This document shows, one piece after another, positions 17,786-27,573 of a stretch of 64,000 nt of DNA. Source of the stretch: a virus; the IMG/VR virus record IMGVR_UViG_3300037484_000731, positions 1 to 64,000 of that record. One strand, written 5' to 3'. The stretch's first letter is position 1; each line of letters opens with the position of its first letter. Under the pieces are notes generated by a model, which did no database searches, was not told where the DNA came from, and worked only from the letters and a program-made list of their open reading frames with translations. The position numbers and the translations under genes are program-made.

Positions 17786-19372
17786 TTATACCAAATATTC
17801 AATTGTTATTACTCCTCGGTTATAGGAAGTAACATCAAACTCGGTAGAATCAAAATACCCCGAAGTAGTTCTTACAATGTTAATATTGGTATTATCTATA
17901 AAATAACCACCGTAATAAGAACTGCTTGATGATCCAGACCCAAAAATAGAAATACTATACGTATTAGCATCATCAAAAATTAAAATATCTACAGAAAGTA
18001 TTTTTGATCTGGTGAGACCATGTGCAATCGCTACAGCCGTACTACTATCCATATTCCAATCACCAATATTTATTATCTTTGTTTTCTTTAGTTGTCCGGT
18101 AATTGTTTGGGACACATTTTCATCGATTGTTGTACCGTCTGGCTTATAATTATTTATAAATATAGTATTATCTGTATGTGAATTATAATTATGGTTTATT
18201 GTATTTGCATACCCGTTATAAATAAAATTATTTGAAAAACAATTTCTTCCTCCTCCATCAAAATAGTAAGCATCTAAATCTAAAACACATCCACTTACAT
18301 TTATTCCAGTAGAAGTATTAAAATAAATTGAACCTTCAAACATATTACAACCCACAATATTATAACCAATAGTTATCATTTGACACCAAACTGGATAGGT
18401 ATTGTGATTAAGAAGACATCCGACTAAATTACCATGTCCATTATTTGCAATGGTGTTTCCATATAAAAGTACACCGTAATAACAATCATTTATTTTACAA
18501 TTAGAAACAGTGTTGTTTCCAGACTCAATTGTAAGTCCTTCTCTACAACCATATATATCAAGATTATTTAATCTTATATATTCCGCATAATCAGCATCAA
18601 GAAAAACACCTTCATAACAATTATATATTTCACAATTCATTATAGATAAATGTGTTAGTCTATCTCTTGCAGGATCATAAGTATTGATTCCTTTAAGATC
18701 AAATCCTGAAATTATAACATTATCAATTTTAGTTATTTTTTGTGAAGCAACAGTGATACCATTTCTATTCCCTGCAGAAGTCACAGCCTTAAATGAAGTG
18801 GCCACCCCTCCGTACAGTCGTAAATTTGAATATCTGACATTTACAGCAGGAGCAGTCCCATCAAATAATGAAGTTGATGTTTCTCCAGTTTTTAAAGTTA
18901 TTTGAGAAGAATAACCATCTCCAAAAATAACTTGGCCATCAATAGGAACTAATTTTTTTGATATATAATTTCCAGAAGGAAAATAAACAGATAAATGTGC
19001 ATTTAGTGCGTTTTGAATTGCAGTAGTATCATCAGTAGAACCATCTCCTTTTGCACCATAATTCTTTACATTACCAGCTAATCTGGAAGACAACATTAAA
19101 TTTGGAAGAACATTAACAGCATCTGAAACTTCTTCTGCTGTAACATAACTCCCCGTAACAGCTCCATCAAGTGCTCTTGCAATATCTGCTGCAATTACAA
19201 CCCCGTCATCATCAGGATCATATTCTGCCTTATACATGTCACCACCACCGCCAGTTCCACCCATATTATCATAAAGATATTGACAATTTTCAATGAGCTT
19301 ATTAAGGTAAGTATATACCATCCACTTACCCTTAACAATCAGATTAATAGGCGATATGGTATTCCAAGCCAT
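17786..19372 (-). CDS. right-handed beta-helix (pectate-lyase-3 / tailspike-depolymerase-like) protein
   Basis: NVKNYGAKGDGSTDDTTAIQNALNA is the canonical Pectate_lyase_3 N-terminal motif; repetitive N/G/Y/I-rich beta-helix-like body. Confidence 0.7.
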   Translation of the reverse strand: MAWNTISPINLIVKGKWMVYTYLNKLIENCQYLYDNMGGTGGGGDMYKAEYDPDDDGVVIAADIARALDGAVTGSYVTAEEVSDAVNVLPNLMLSSRLAGNVKNYGAKGDGSTDDTTAIQNALNAHLSVYFPSGNYISKKLVPIDGQVIFGDGYSSQITLKTGETSTSLFDGTAPAVNVRYSNLRLYGGVATSFKAVTSAGNRNGITVASQKITKIDNVIISGFDLKGINTYDPARDRLTHLSIMNCEIYNCYEGVFLDADYAEYIRLNNLDIYGCREGLTIESGNNTVSNCKINDCYYGVLLYGNTIANNGHGNLVGCLLNHNTYPVWCQMITIGYNIVGCNMFEGSIYFNTSTGINVSGCVLDLDAYYFDGGGRNCFSNNFIYNGYANTINHNYNSHTDNTIFINNYKPDGTTIDENVSQTITGQLKKTKIINIGDWNMDSSTAVAIAHGLTRSKILSVDILIFDDANTYSISIFGSGSSSSSYYGGYFIDNTNINIVRTTSGYFDSTEFDVTSYNRGVITIEYLV

Positions 19373-19382
19373 GATATTCCCC

Positions 19383-19802
19383 CTAAAATTTCAACCAGCC
19401 GAGCTTATGCATTCCCCAGATTCCACCTACCACTGCAGCAGCTCCGAAGGTAAAGCCCAGTCCTATTTTCCAATTCTGTGATTCAACTGTTATTGGCAAC
19501 CATGCTTCCTGAGAAAAATCTCTCTGAAATAAATTACCCTTAATCCCCACATGTAAAGTATCACCCTTCTGATCTAAGGTCTTCCAGTCAATTTTTACTG
19601 GGTCATGATCATAATGCCAGAGAAAGCCCGTCGCCTGTTCAAAAGTGATGTCCTTTGGCCTCTCTACGGGCTTGGAAACAACCGGAGTAACAACTGGCTG
19701 TACAATGTCCTTGTCCATATAATCATAAACTATATATCCCGTCAAAGCTGCAGCCAGTGTATGGGAAAAGATCAATATAATTATAAGAGTCTTGTTTTTC
19801 AT
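19383..19802 (-). CDS. membrane protein (N-terminal signal/TM plus C-terminal TM)
   Basis: MKNKTLIIILIFSHTLAAALTG... and C-terminal GLGFTFGAAAVVGGIWGM hydrophobic segments. Confidence 0.45.
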   Translation of the reverse strand: MKNKTLIIILIFSHTLAAALTGYIVYDYMDKDIVQPVVTPVVSKPVERPKDITFEQATGFLWHYDHDPVKIDWKTLDQKGDTLHVGIKGNLFQRDFSQEAWLPITVESQNWKIGLGFTFGAAAVVGGIWGMHKLGWLKF

Positions 19803-22246
19803 TTGAGTATTGAAAACCTCCTGATCCCATTTTGATTAACAAAGCCCATGACGGGTAACTGTTCTACTTTGTGTACGTGTGTATGCTCAGAGAAAAGTTT
19901 AAATTTCAGATTATCTCCCAGCAGCGCAGCAACCTCGTCCATGGTAATTGGTTTTCCTTTCGATCCAAGCGTAAGATCAGTACCTATAACATCAGGATCG
20001 TCGATGTCATCCTTTGTCACTGGCAACCAAGCGCACCGGCACATATAATGTAGAGGCGGATCATACTTTGATCGAGTTGCTGAGTCTACATCAACCACTA
20101 TTCCGTCCAGCCTTTCACATAGAGGACATGTCACCTTATCCATAATAGCAGAGAACATTACCCTTGTGACCTCTTTCCCTGCACCGAGTAGTCCGAGTGC
20201 TATGGCCTTGGCATTTTCCCTCAGATAATCCTCAAAAGCCTTGCCCAGAGTAAAGCCTATTTCAGTCTCAGATATATTCTGTAATTTGGTGTCGGAAATG
20301 AACCCTGTGATTGCAGACTTGAGTCTGTCAACTATCTCGTTTAAGGAAAGCCTCGATCCGAGATCAGATGAGAGCTGATACTTGATCATGGACTCATAGT
20401 CAGACGTCAATTTGTCTGCAGTCACGTTAATACGAAACTGGATGAACTGATTGGATGTATCAGTTGAAGCCATTCTCGTCTTACGCTCTACTCCCGCTTT
20501 CACGTTGGAATAGACATTACTGTATATATCTTGCAAAAACTCCTTAAAAAGCCTCTTGATCGTGAAATCCCGTACCTCTATGTCCTTCACAACCTTCACA
20601 AACTTAGCATCAGGAGAATAGCTCGCCTTGATATAATCAATTATTCTATTCTCCTGTGTCACGAGTTCTTCTCTAAGGTCTGCCTGAAATTGAGTACTCC
20701 GAGAGTCAAGGAATGATTCAATAGATGAGAAGTTATATCGCTGCTCAAGCTTATTGAAAGCACGCCACCTTCCCTCAGATAATTTCTCTTCCTTTTCTTT
20801 TTTTTCCTTTTTTCCCTTGTCAGCTCCTTTCTGATCTTGTTTGTTATTTCTATCTACAACAGCATCCTCTTTTTTGCCGTTAGTCTTGGGAGTTTTAGCC
20901 TCTTTCCCATTCTGCTCTTTCATCTGATCTGGCGGGATCGGCTCTCCATTCTCATCAATGGGAACACCGTTTTCATCAACCTGTTCTTCTTCAGGTACTT
21001 CCGGCTCTTCTTCCTCAACCTCTTCAAATGGAATAGATGTCTTATCAATAAGATATTGTGTCGGGACTTTGAGCTTGCCACTGCTAACGAGTGTCTCTAC
21101 CAGTTTATTAGTAATATCCTTACTCGTATCACTGAACTCACCCGATGCAACATGTACCTCAACATCCTCGCCAAAGTTCATCTTAACGAATGGCTGCACC
21201 AAATCCTCATCTATCTTAGTCACTATTGCATCGAGAAGCTGCTCTTTTCTGGAAACAAATATATCCTGATATGCTTCTACTGAAGCCCTCGCACCAACTT
21301 CTCCCTGTGTAAGTGCCTTTTCTGGAATAATGAATGCCCTGAGAATCGCCTCATCAATGTATCTTGCCCTCGTCACGAAAGGATCAGTCCTATCCTCTGC
21401 ATCAAGGTATTCTATGTCCCAGAGCAGATTACCTTTGTCATCTCTCTTTGATGGGATTGATACCACACGACCTTCTATTATCCCCGTCAAAAGTTCAAGT
21501 ATGACGTCCTGATTATCTTTTACTGTCTCCCCAACCTCTGTAGTACCGACTGGGTATAGACCCTTCAAAACACCAACACCTATTCTCTCCAGCCATCTCA
21601 TGTGCCACTGTCTATTAAGTAAAGCATCAAACCAGTAAGAATATGCAGGTTCAAGGGCTGATATCCCATAAAAATTCCCAGATTCCAGCATATGTGTGAA
21701 GAGCAGAGCTTTATGATCTGTATGTAAAATCTTCTGCTCAACTCCATACTGTTCAAATCCACTAAAATTCCCAGTTAATGGCTCTGTTAAAATACGTACT
21801 GTTTCAGGATCAAGACCCTTTGGCGGTCTGAGTAAAAGTCCCTCATATATCTTCTTTTCTTTTTCTCCTGTGTCCGGATCAACTTTGAAGTATGGCAGCT
21901 TCCCATATTCCCACAAGATTTCTGCCGGTTTCCATCCAAATTCAAGCTGTTCCAATGCTTCATTGATGAGCTTCACCCAGAATCGCTTGAATAGAGCTTC
22001 AGTAATAGTCTTCTCATCATTATCATCATCTCCCTCAAACACGGGCGGAACTGTCGGCAATCCGAGCTTTATAAAATTAAGCCCCAGCCAACACATGGGA
22101 TACATTCTCATTCTCTTGTACTGCGCCGGTATTCTTTCAGACGTATACGGCAGTATATTACTGAGGGTTCTATACAGACCAAGGTATGTCAACTCATTGA
22201 GCAATACCTCATTATTAACTTTTGTTATCTTATTTTTATCTGGCAT
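19799..22246 (-). CDS. portal protein fused to MuF-like minor head protein domain
   Basis: 815 aa directly downstream of TerL; acidic linker (EEVEEEEPEVPEEE); C-terminal TCPLCERLDG...HYMCRCAWLP resembles the Phage_Mu_F / SPP1 gp7 conserved HxxCRC region. Confidence 0.6.
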   Translation of the reverse strand: MPDKNKITKVNNEVLLNELTYLGLYRTLSNILPYTSERIPAQYKRMRMYPMCWLGLNFIKLGLPTVPPVFEGDDDNDEKTITEALFKRFWVKLINEALEQLEFGWKPAEILWEYGKLPYFKVDPDTGEKEKKIYEGLLLRPPKGLDPETVRILTEPLTGNFSGFEQYGVEQKILHTDHKALLFTHMLESGNFYGISALEPAYSYWFDALLNRQWHMRWLERIGVGVLKGLYPVGTTEVGETVKDNQDVILELLTGIIEGRVVSIPSKRDDKGNLLWDIEYLDAEDRTDPFVTRARYIDEAILRAFIIPEKALTQGEVGARASVEAYQDIFVSRKEQLLDAIVTKIDEDLVQPFVKMNFGEDVEVHVASGEFSDTSKDITNKLVETLVSSGKLKVPTQYLIDKTSIPFEEVEEEEPEVPEEEQVDENGVPIDENGEPIPPDQMKEQNGKEAKTPKTNGKKEDAVVDRNNKQDQKGADKGKKEKKEKEEKLSEGRWRAFNKLEQRYNFSSIESFLDSRSTQFQADLREELVTQENRIIDYIKASYSPDAKFVKVVKDIEVRDFTIKRLFKEFLQDIYSNVYSNVKAGVERKTRMASTDTSNQFIQFRINVTADKLTSDYESMIKYQLSSDLGSRLSLNEIVDRLKSAITGFISDTKLQNISETEIGFTLGKAFEDYLRENAKAIALGLLGAGKEVTRVMFSAIMDKVTCPLCERLDGIVVDVDSATRSKYDPPLHYMCRCAWLPVTKDDIDDPDVIGTDLTLGSKGKPITMDEVAALLGDNLKFKLFSEHTHVHKVEQLPVMGFVNQNGIRRFSILK

Positions 22247-22247
22247 A

Positions 22248-22565
22248 TTATTTACCTTTCATTTCATCTGGGATATCTGCAACACTACCTGCTGCATCTT
22301 TTAAAGCCTTGATACCACGTTTTTCCTCACCTTCAAAGAAAATATCTTTCTGTCCCCAAGTAGCAACCTTTACAAGTACTATAATCTCTGCAAACAATAT
22401 TTCCATAAGAACATCGGATATATTGACTTTGTTTACATTGCCCAGAGGAGAAAGCAAACGAACCCACATATAAATATATATCATTTTTAGGAACATGAAT
22501 GCATAAACATACGGCATAAACAGTCTACCTTTCCGGTAGAACATCATTTTGAGTAATGACTTCAT
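22248..22565 (-). CDS. small hydrophobic protein
   Basis: 105 aa, TM-like core. Confidence 0.35.
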   Translation of the reverse strand: MKSLLKMMFYRKGRLFMPYVYAFMFLKMIYIYMWVRLLSPLGNVNKVNISDVLMEILFAEIIVLVKVATWGQKDIFFEGEEKRGIKALKDAAGSVADIPDEMKGK

Positions 22566-22755
22566 CCTTCCTCTCTATAAACAATGGACTCTGAATTTGA
22601 GTCGGCTGCAATATCTCATTATAATAATCACTGTTAATGTTGAATGTATTCCGTTCATTAAATTCCTCTCTTTTGCCCTTGTTCCACTGATTTATTGGCC
22701 TAAAATATCCTACTACTCGACTAAATACCTCTACTGGAACTCTTCTTTCTGGCAT
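22525..22755 (-). CDS. hypothetical small protein
   Basis: Start overlaps the TerL stop. Confidence 0.3.
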   Translation of the reverse strand: MPERRVPVEVFSRVVGYFRPINQWNKGKREEFNERNTFNINSDYYNEILQPTQIQSPLFIERKDEVITQNDVLPER

Positions 22756-24155
22756 TATTTTACTCCCATTACTTGTGATTTGAATTGAGGTCTATTATGC
22801 TTGCTCGTATCCGGAGCTGGAGCATATAAATCCTGTCCCGTTAAAAAATTGATACCATGTACCAAAGCATCAAGTCTATTTGGCGATTTTTGACCTTGCT
22901 GCCATTCACAGAGTTCATCCTCAAGTAATCCAAATGTCCCCACATGATGTACTCTTCCCTGCTCATATAATCCCGACACCGGCTCTGCTCTAAGAGTTTT
23001 ACCTCTACTGGCCGTGATTACATGTACTGTATTATTCCTATCAACATTGCGGATAGTGGACTTGACCATCGCTCCGCCGAAGTTTTTCTCTGCAACGTAT
23101 GCATCACATTTAAACTTATTATATCCTGCCTGTGCCTCTCTTGCCCATCCATCGGGTGAAGCTTGCAACGAAAGGTCTTCAAATACGTAATAATGAGTCA
23201 TATCTCTATTTCTCATACCCTCAAGTGCGCGACCCTCTCCCACAACAATTATTCCATTTTCAGTGGCTTCCTTTCCTTCCTCAGGTTCTGTACCTGCAGG
23301 GTCTATTGAAACAACTATTCTATGACACGGAGCTGCAAGTGATATCCTGTAATCATCAAGCCATTTTCTTTTCCAAAGGGCATTGGGATTATCATCCAGT
23401 AGTTTCGCATAAAGTTCCTGCTTGCCAATCCTTGTACCCTCATATTTTCTGATGACTGTATGAATAAACGGAGCAGCGAGATTATCCATGTTTTCGTATG
23501 TATTCCCTGCCGTGACTACTGTTGCGGGATCATTAATTACTGACTTAAGAAATTTGGTTGGTTTTGGAGTAGTAGATACCATGCAGAGTGGATTCTCACC
23601 AAGACGGAGTCCAAGCATGATATTATCATATGTATCCTGAGGATATTTCCACTTAGCTAACTCATCCATCCATACAAGGTCTGACTGTGCACCACGTGAA
23701 GAATCAGGTTCTGTCCCATAATAGATATTGGCTACTGCTCCATTCGGCCAATAAAGAATCATTTTTGAAGGTTCATATGTCGGCATAAACCAAGGCGGGG
23801 AATGTTGAAGTATTCCGCTTTCTCCTTCAATCATTATCTTTCTTACATCAGTTGCATTCGCTCCAACAAGGGTAACATATCTATACCCATGATTCCTTAC
23901 TTTTTCGATGACCCATTCTGCACCTGTTCTTGTCTTACCAAAACCACGACCGGCCAGTACCAGCCAGATAAACTTATCTATCTGCTGCAATTCTACCGGT
24001 TCTAATTGATTTTTCCTCGCCCAGAAAGACCAATCATAATATAGCCCCATGAAATCCTCATCCGTAAGTTTCCGCAGCATCTTCATTCTCTCCACATATG
24101 GAAGAGCTATAAGAACCTGCGCCAGAGAAGCTGTATTTAGATTGAGCTTAGACAT
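22755..24155 (-). CDS. terL: terminase large subunit
   Basis: Walker A VLAGRGFGKTRTG; 466 aa; followed by a nuclease-like C-terminal half; upstream TerS. Confidence 0.85.
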   Translation of the reverse strand: MSKLNLNTASLAQVLIALPYVERMKMLRKLTDEDFMGLYYDWSFWARKNQLEPVELQQIDKFIWLVLAGRGFGKTRTGAEWVIEKVRNHGYRYVTLVGANATDVRKIMIEGESGILQHSPPWFMPTYEPSKMILYWPNGAVANIYYGTEPDSSRGAQSDLVWMDELAKWKYPQDTYDNIMLGLRLGENPLCMVSTTPKPTKFLKSVINDPATVVTAGNTYENMDNLAAPFIHTVIRKYEGTRIGKQELYAKLLDDNPNALWKRKWLDDYRISLAAPCHRIVVSIDPAGTEPEEGKEATENGIIVVGEGRALEGMRNRDMTHYYVFEDLSLQASPDGWAREAQAGYNKFKCDAYVAEKNFGGAMVKSTIRNVDRNNTVHVITASRGKTLRAEPVSGLYEQGRVHHVGTFGLLEDELCEWQQGQKSPNRLDALVHGINFLTGQDLYAPAPDTSKHNRPQFKSQVMGVK

Positions 24156-24771
24156 TATTATCTTTTTCCTGTTTTTGTTCCTCTTCCGTGAGTTTCATGA
24201 AACGATCAAGAATTTTTTGCTTTAAGGCATCTATATTATTAAACTCTATGGGCTTACCATTGATCCCAGACAACTCATGCCTCTTAGCCAAAGACAGGTG
24301 AAGACCAAGTATATCATGTGCTCGGTTCTTGTCCCATAATTTTAGTTTGATTTTCTGCTGTGTAGTTCCGTCCGGTAGTAAGTTAGACGTTATCTCTATT
24401 GCGGAGATAGGTTTGGTGTCTATGTCCGTTGAGTTAAGGATTCTGTCTTTAAGCTTAACATTCCCATCTCTATCATAATCCAAATACTCCCGAAGGTCTG
24501 AGAATGCCAGTGATTCTATTTCCTTCCTTGCCCTGAGGGTTAGCCCTGTCTTATCCCTTAATAATTCATCAGCCTTGGCCTCGATTTCCTTCCTAACATT
24601 AACCTTTCTTAATAATTTACTACAAGAGACTGCTGCTACATTGGCCTTTTTAACCTTGTATATCTTCTGATAGGCTCTTGTTCCATTAAAATCAATAAGG
24701 TATTCGAGGACGAATCGCTTCTCTAACTGGGTAAGGGGCTTCTCTTCTGTTTTTCCCTGATCCGTCGCCAT
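24148..24771 (-). CDS. terS: terminase small subunit
   Basis: LTQLEKRFVLEYLIDFNGTRAYQKIY resembles the Terminase_2 N-terminal HTH; overlaps terL by 8 nt. Confidence 0.6.
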   Translation of the reverse strand: MATDQGKTEEKPLTQLEKRFVLEYLIDFNGTRAYQKIYKVKKANVAAVSCSKLLRKVNVRKEIEAKADELLRDKTGLTLRARKEIESLAFSDLREYLDYDRDGNVKLKDRILNSTDIDTKPISAIEITSNLLPDGTTQQKIKLKLWDKNRAHDILGLHLSLAKRHELSGINGKPIEFNNIDALKQKILDRFMKLTEEEQKQEKDNNV

Positions 24772-24829
24772 GAAAACACTCCTTTTTACTATTTACTGTA
24801 TAAATAAATAGTGGAATGTTTTCTGGCAA

Positions 24830-25021
24830 CTACTGTTCTATTCCATTTTGGTTTAAGAGGTCTTGGATATAACCTGCTTCATCATACACATTATCTATTA
24901 CTGCATCTTTCATTTTTTCGGCATTCTTATTATATTCTACCTTGGGATGACGAATATTCTCCAGATGCTCCTTGATTTCCTGTATCACATGTACTGGTAT
25001 TCTAACCATCACATCACTCAT
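24830..25021 (-). CDS. hypothetical small protein
   Basis: 63 aa ORF in the operon tiling. Confidence 0.3.
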   Translation of the reverse strand: MSDVMVRIPVHVIQEIKEHLENIRHPKVEYNKNAEKMKDAVIDNVYDEAGYIQDLLNQNGIEQ

Positions 25022-25293
25022 AGTCCCCCCCTTATATTGGTCTCTATTATCTTAATACAATCACCATATGCCTCTGCTTTGGCTTTATCACTATCAAATC
25101 TACCCATAAAATCAGTGAATAAATTTATCCTCTTTTCGCAAATCTCTTCCTTAGCCTTAGCCCAGTTCAAAATTTTTCTCTCTCTAAGTGGCTGTACTTC
25201 ATCCTTATAAAATATATACGATCTGCCATTAGACGTAAACATGTACTTATTAGAACCTACCATTATTTCCTTGACTTCTATTATTACCTTCAT
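25018..25293 (-). CDS. hypothetical small protein
   Basis: 91 aa; 4-nt overlaps on both sides. Confidence 0.4.
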   Translation of the reverse strand: MKVIIEVKEIMVGSNKYMFTSNGRSYIFYKDEVQPLRERKILNWAKAKEEICEKRINLFTDFMGRFDSDKAKAEAYGDCIKIIETNIRGGL

Positions 25294-25586
25294 ACTACTA
25301 CCTTGGATTTATTCTCCCTAATCCGATTAAGGCATCTTTCTAAGATTTCCCTAACTATACCTGTATCAATCCCATGATCACGCATATATCCCTTTGTCGC
25401 CTCAATTAATTGATCGAGTGCCTTAATATCACTCTCCCTCGCTATCACGGGATATCTCACCATAAGTCCACAGTGAGGACACCTACACTCATCCAGATCA
25501 TCTTCTAAGTCCCTAAACGTCGGCACTACATTAACAATCAGGAACTCAGTTTCCCTCTCTATTTTTATTTCTACCGTTTCTCGCAT
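25290..25586 (-). CDS. hypothetical small protein
   Basis: 98 aa; contains a CRCPHCG zinc-knuckle-like pair. Confidence 0.4.
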   Translation of the reverse strand: MRETVEIKIERETEFLIVNVVPTFRDLEDDLDECRCPHCGLMVRYPVIARESDIKALDQLIEATKGYMRDHGIDTGIVREILERCLNRIRENKSKVVV

Positions 25587-25764
25587 TTTTCAATCTCTTA
25601 TATATGTAATTAATTTCTTTATGATCCGGATCAACGCAAGTTTCCTTCTTAGGATGAAGCCCACATCCGTAATCCTGCGCAAGGAAACATCCTTCACATG
25701 CTCCATTTTTTATATCGGTCTCCACGAGTTTTAGAGTAATATTAATATACTTGCTTGGTTTCAT
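25546..25764 (-). CDS. small Cys-rich protein
   Basis: 72 aa, CEGC...CGLH...C pattern. Confidence 0.35.
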   Translation of the reverse strand: MKPSKYINITLKLVETDIKNGACEGCFLAQDYGCGLHPKKETCVDPDHKEINYIYKRLKNARNGRNKNREGN

Positions 25765-25772
25765 GTACCCTC

Positions 25773-26030
25773 TTAATGTATATATACTGCAAAACGCTCA
25801 AAATGTTTATCAACTGGAGTTACCCTAAATTTACCCCACTGTGAAGTAGTATGAGAAGCATAATGTCCTATTTCAGAAAATGCCTGACTTTTTCTTAAAT
25901 ATTTATTAACTGCACCTTCAGGACTATATGCACAAACTTTAATCTTTTTTGAATCAAAAAACCAACCACCAAACATAGAGTCTGAAGGTATTACATAATA
26001 GAAACAATATTTACATTTAGGAATTTTCAT
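25773..26030 (-). CDS. hypothetical small protein
   Basis: 85 aa. Confidence 0.35.
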   Translation of the reverse strand: MKIPKCKYCFYYVIPSDSMFGGWFFDSKKIKVCAYSPEGAVNKYLRKSQAFSEIGHYASHTTSQWGKFRVTPVDKHFERFAVYIH

Positions 26031-26160
26031 ATACCTCTCCAGCCTCCCCGTACCTTTCCCTATTGTTTCCCTTGGCCTCTGGACACCCTCAAGCTATTTT
26101 CGGCTGCCTTTCCGCAACCTGCCCAAAGGAAGTACCAAGGAAACAGAGGGCGGGGCTGCT

Positions 26161-26409
26161 TTACATCATACTCCGGATGTCTCGGACATTCGAGGATATG
26201 TCTCGAAGCTCCCCAGTTACACTTACAAGGCATCTGGCTATTGTCATAATACTACACCCTGCCTCTCCATCTATAGAATGATCTCTATCCAGATACCACG
26301 CACATTCTTTATGACACTCTCTGGTCGGATTATCATTAAAAGACATCGGACATACCATATTATCCCCCCATAATTTCAATATCAGTCTTGAAAGGAATTT
26401 GACAACCAT
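26161..26409 (-). CDS. hypothetical small Cys-containing protein
   Basis: 82 aa. Confidence 0.3.
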   Translation of the reverse strand: MVVKFLSRLILKLWGDNMVCPMSFNDNPTRECHKECAWYLDRDHSIDGEAGCSIMTIARCLVSVTGELRDISSNVRDIRSMM

Positions 26410-26590
26410 TATGCATGCTGCCTCCCCATATTTCCATAACGACCCAGAGCTGCCACTTACTCCAGCCGTCTTTATCTTCCTTGTCCTTGAGGGTACGATG
26501 CAAATAAGGGGAATATTCTTTCAAAATTTCCCGTCCCCGATCCGTCAACTGTATCTTGACATAATGGTTTACATTAAACATGATTCCCAT
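26360..26590 (-). CDS. hypothetical small protein
   Basis: 76 aa. Confidence 0.35.
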   Translation of the reverse strand: MGIMFNVNHYVKIQLTDRGREILKEYSPYLHRTLKDKEDKDGWSKWQLWVVMEIWGGSMHNGCQIPFKTDIEIMGG

Positions 26591-26859
26591 TAATTCTGCT
26601 TCAGCTCCTCTGTAGTTACCAGTTTAATAAGTTTTCCCCCACTCCTAATCGCCCATTCCGGATGTTCACATTTACATCGAGTATAGTAACAGTCACATTT
26701 CATACACCACTTGGCTGCGAAAAATTCACTGTCCGAAGCGTCCCTCATCCTATCATTGAGGTCTGTACATGTACACTCAGTTAATTCTTTCTGACATTGT
26801 CCACAAAACATTCCTTTATCCTCCATTATTGGGCTAAGATCACACCTGCACGAAGGCAT
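26590..26859 (-). CDS. small Cys-rich (zinc-binding-like) protein
   Basis: 89 aa with CGQCQ...CTC...CMKCDCYYTRCKC. Confidence 0.4.
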   Translation of the reverse strand: MPSCRCDLSPIMEDKGMFCGQCQKELTECTCTDLNDRMRDASDSEFFAAKWCMKCDCYYTRCKCEHPEWAIRSGGKLIKLVTTEELKQN

Positions 26860-27092
26860 TACTTACTTTTCTCCGTGAGAAATTCGACTATCTTGACCTT
26901 GAGGTTGTATAACTCACTGGTCAATCGTTCATAATTATTTTGAAACTCTACGATACCGGCAGCGATCATTGGTTTAGTTATATGACCATCCTCAAGCATT
27001 CTATTAAAATCATTTTGTATCACTCCCCTGAGAAAACCAATTGAATCACACGTATTCTTCCACTGATGAAACATTTCTTCTTGTTGATTCAT
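26859..27092 (-). CDS. hypothetical small protein
   Basis: 77 aa. Confidence 0.4.
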   Translation of the reverse strand: MNQQEEMFHQWKNTCDSIGFLRGVIQNDFNRMLEDGHITKPMIAAGIVEFQNNYERLTSELYNLKVKIVEFLTEKSK

Positions 27093-27253
27093 TTTTTGAA
27101 CATCCTCTTCCCTTTATTTACATGTTCCCGATTCCGGTCTTTATCAGGTTTGTTCGGAAATTCATAATCAAGAACACATTTAAGTAATACACATGTAAAC
27201 ATCTTTTTCTTATCCTGATATTTACAATATGTATTGCGACATTGAACTGCCAT
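27089..27253 (-). CDS. small Cys-rich protein (54 aa, MAVQCRNTYCKYQDKKKMFTCVLLKCVLDY...)
   Basis: Hand-translated from a region the track leaves empty; ATGA overlap with the downstream gene. Confidence 0.3.
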   Translation of the reverse strand: MAVQCRNTYCKYQDKKKMFTCVLLKCVLDYEFPNKPDKDRNREHVNKGKRMFKK

Positions 27254-27255
27254 AA

Positions 27256-27462
27256 TTACGCCTTCACATCAATTTTTGTACCCTTAGCAAGGTTTACCCT
27301 TCTTGTTCCATTATTCAGCTTGAGACTAAGACTAATATTTTCCACATCGAATCTCGTTGCTGAAAACTTCACCTCTTCAGTACACTTAACACATTCCAAA
27401 TAACCATTGTGTACTTTCCAGTGCTTAGACCCACACCAACATGTTAATAAATTTTCATCCAT
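27256..27462 (-). CDS. small zinc-ribbon-like protein
   Basis: 68 aa, CWCGSKHW...CVKC. Confidence 0.35.
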   Translation of the reverse strand: MDENLLTCWCGSKHWKVHNGYLECVKCTEEVKFSATRFDVENISLSLKLNNGTRRVNLAKGTKIDVKA

Positions 27463-27573
27463 TTAGTCCCCCTCTTATTGCTTTAATAAGTGCTTTTACA
27501 AGGTCGTATAAAATCTTTACCTTAGCATCAATATTGATCTCTCTGTGGCTCTCAACCCAATCAGCCTGTTCTT

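Noticed and set aside
24772-24829. Late promoter upstream of terS
   Set aside because: Only a weak TTGCCA-17nt-TATTTA hexamer match (3/6 in the -10 element). Not reportable without transcript data
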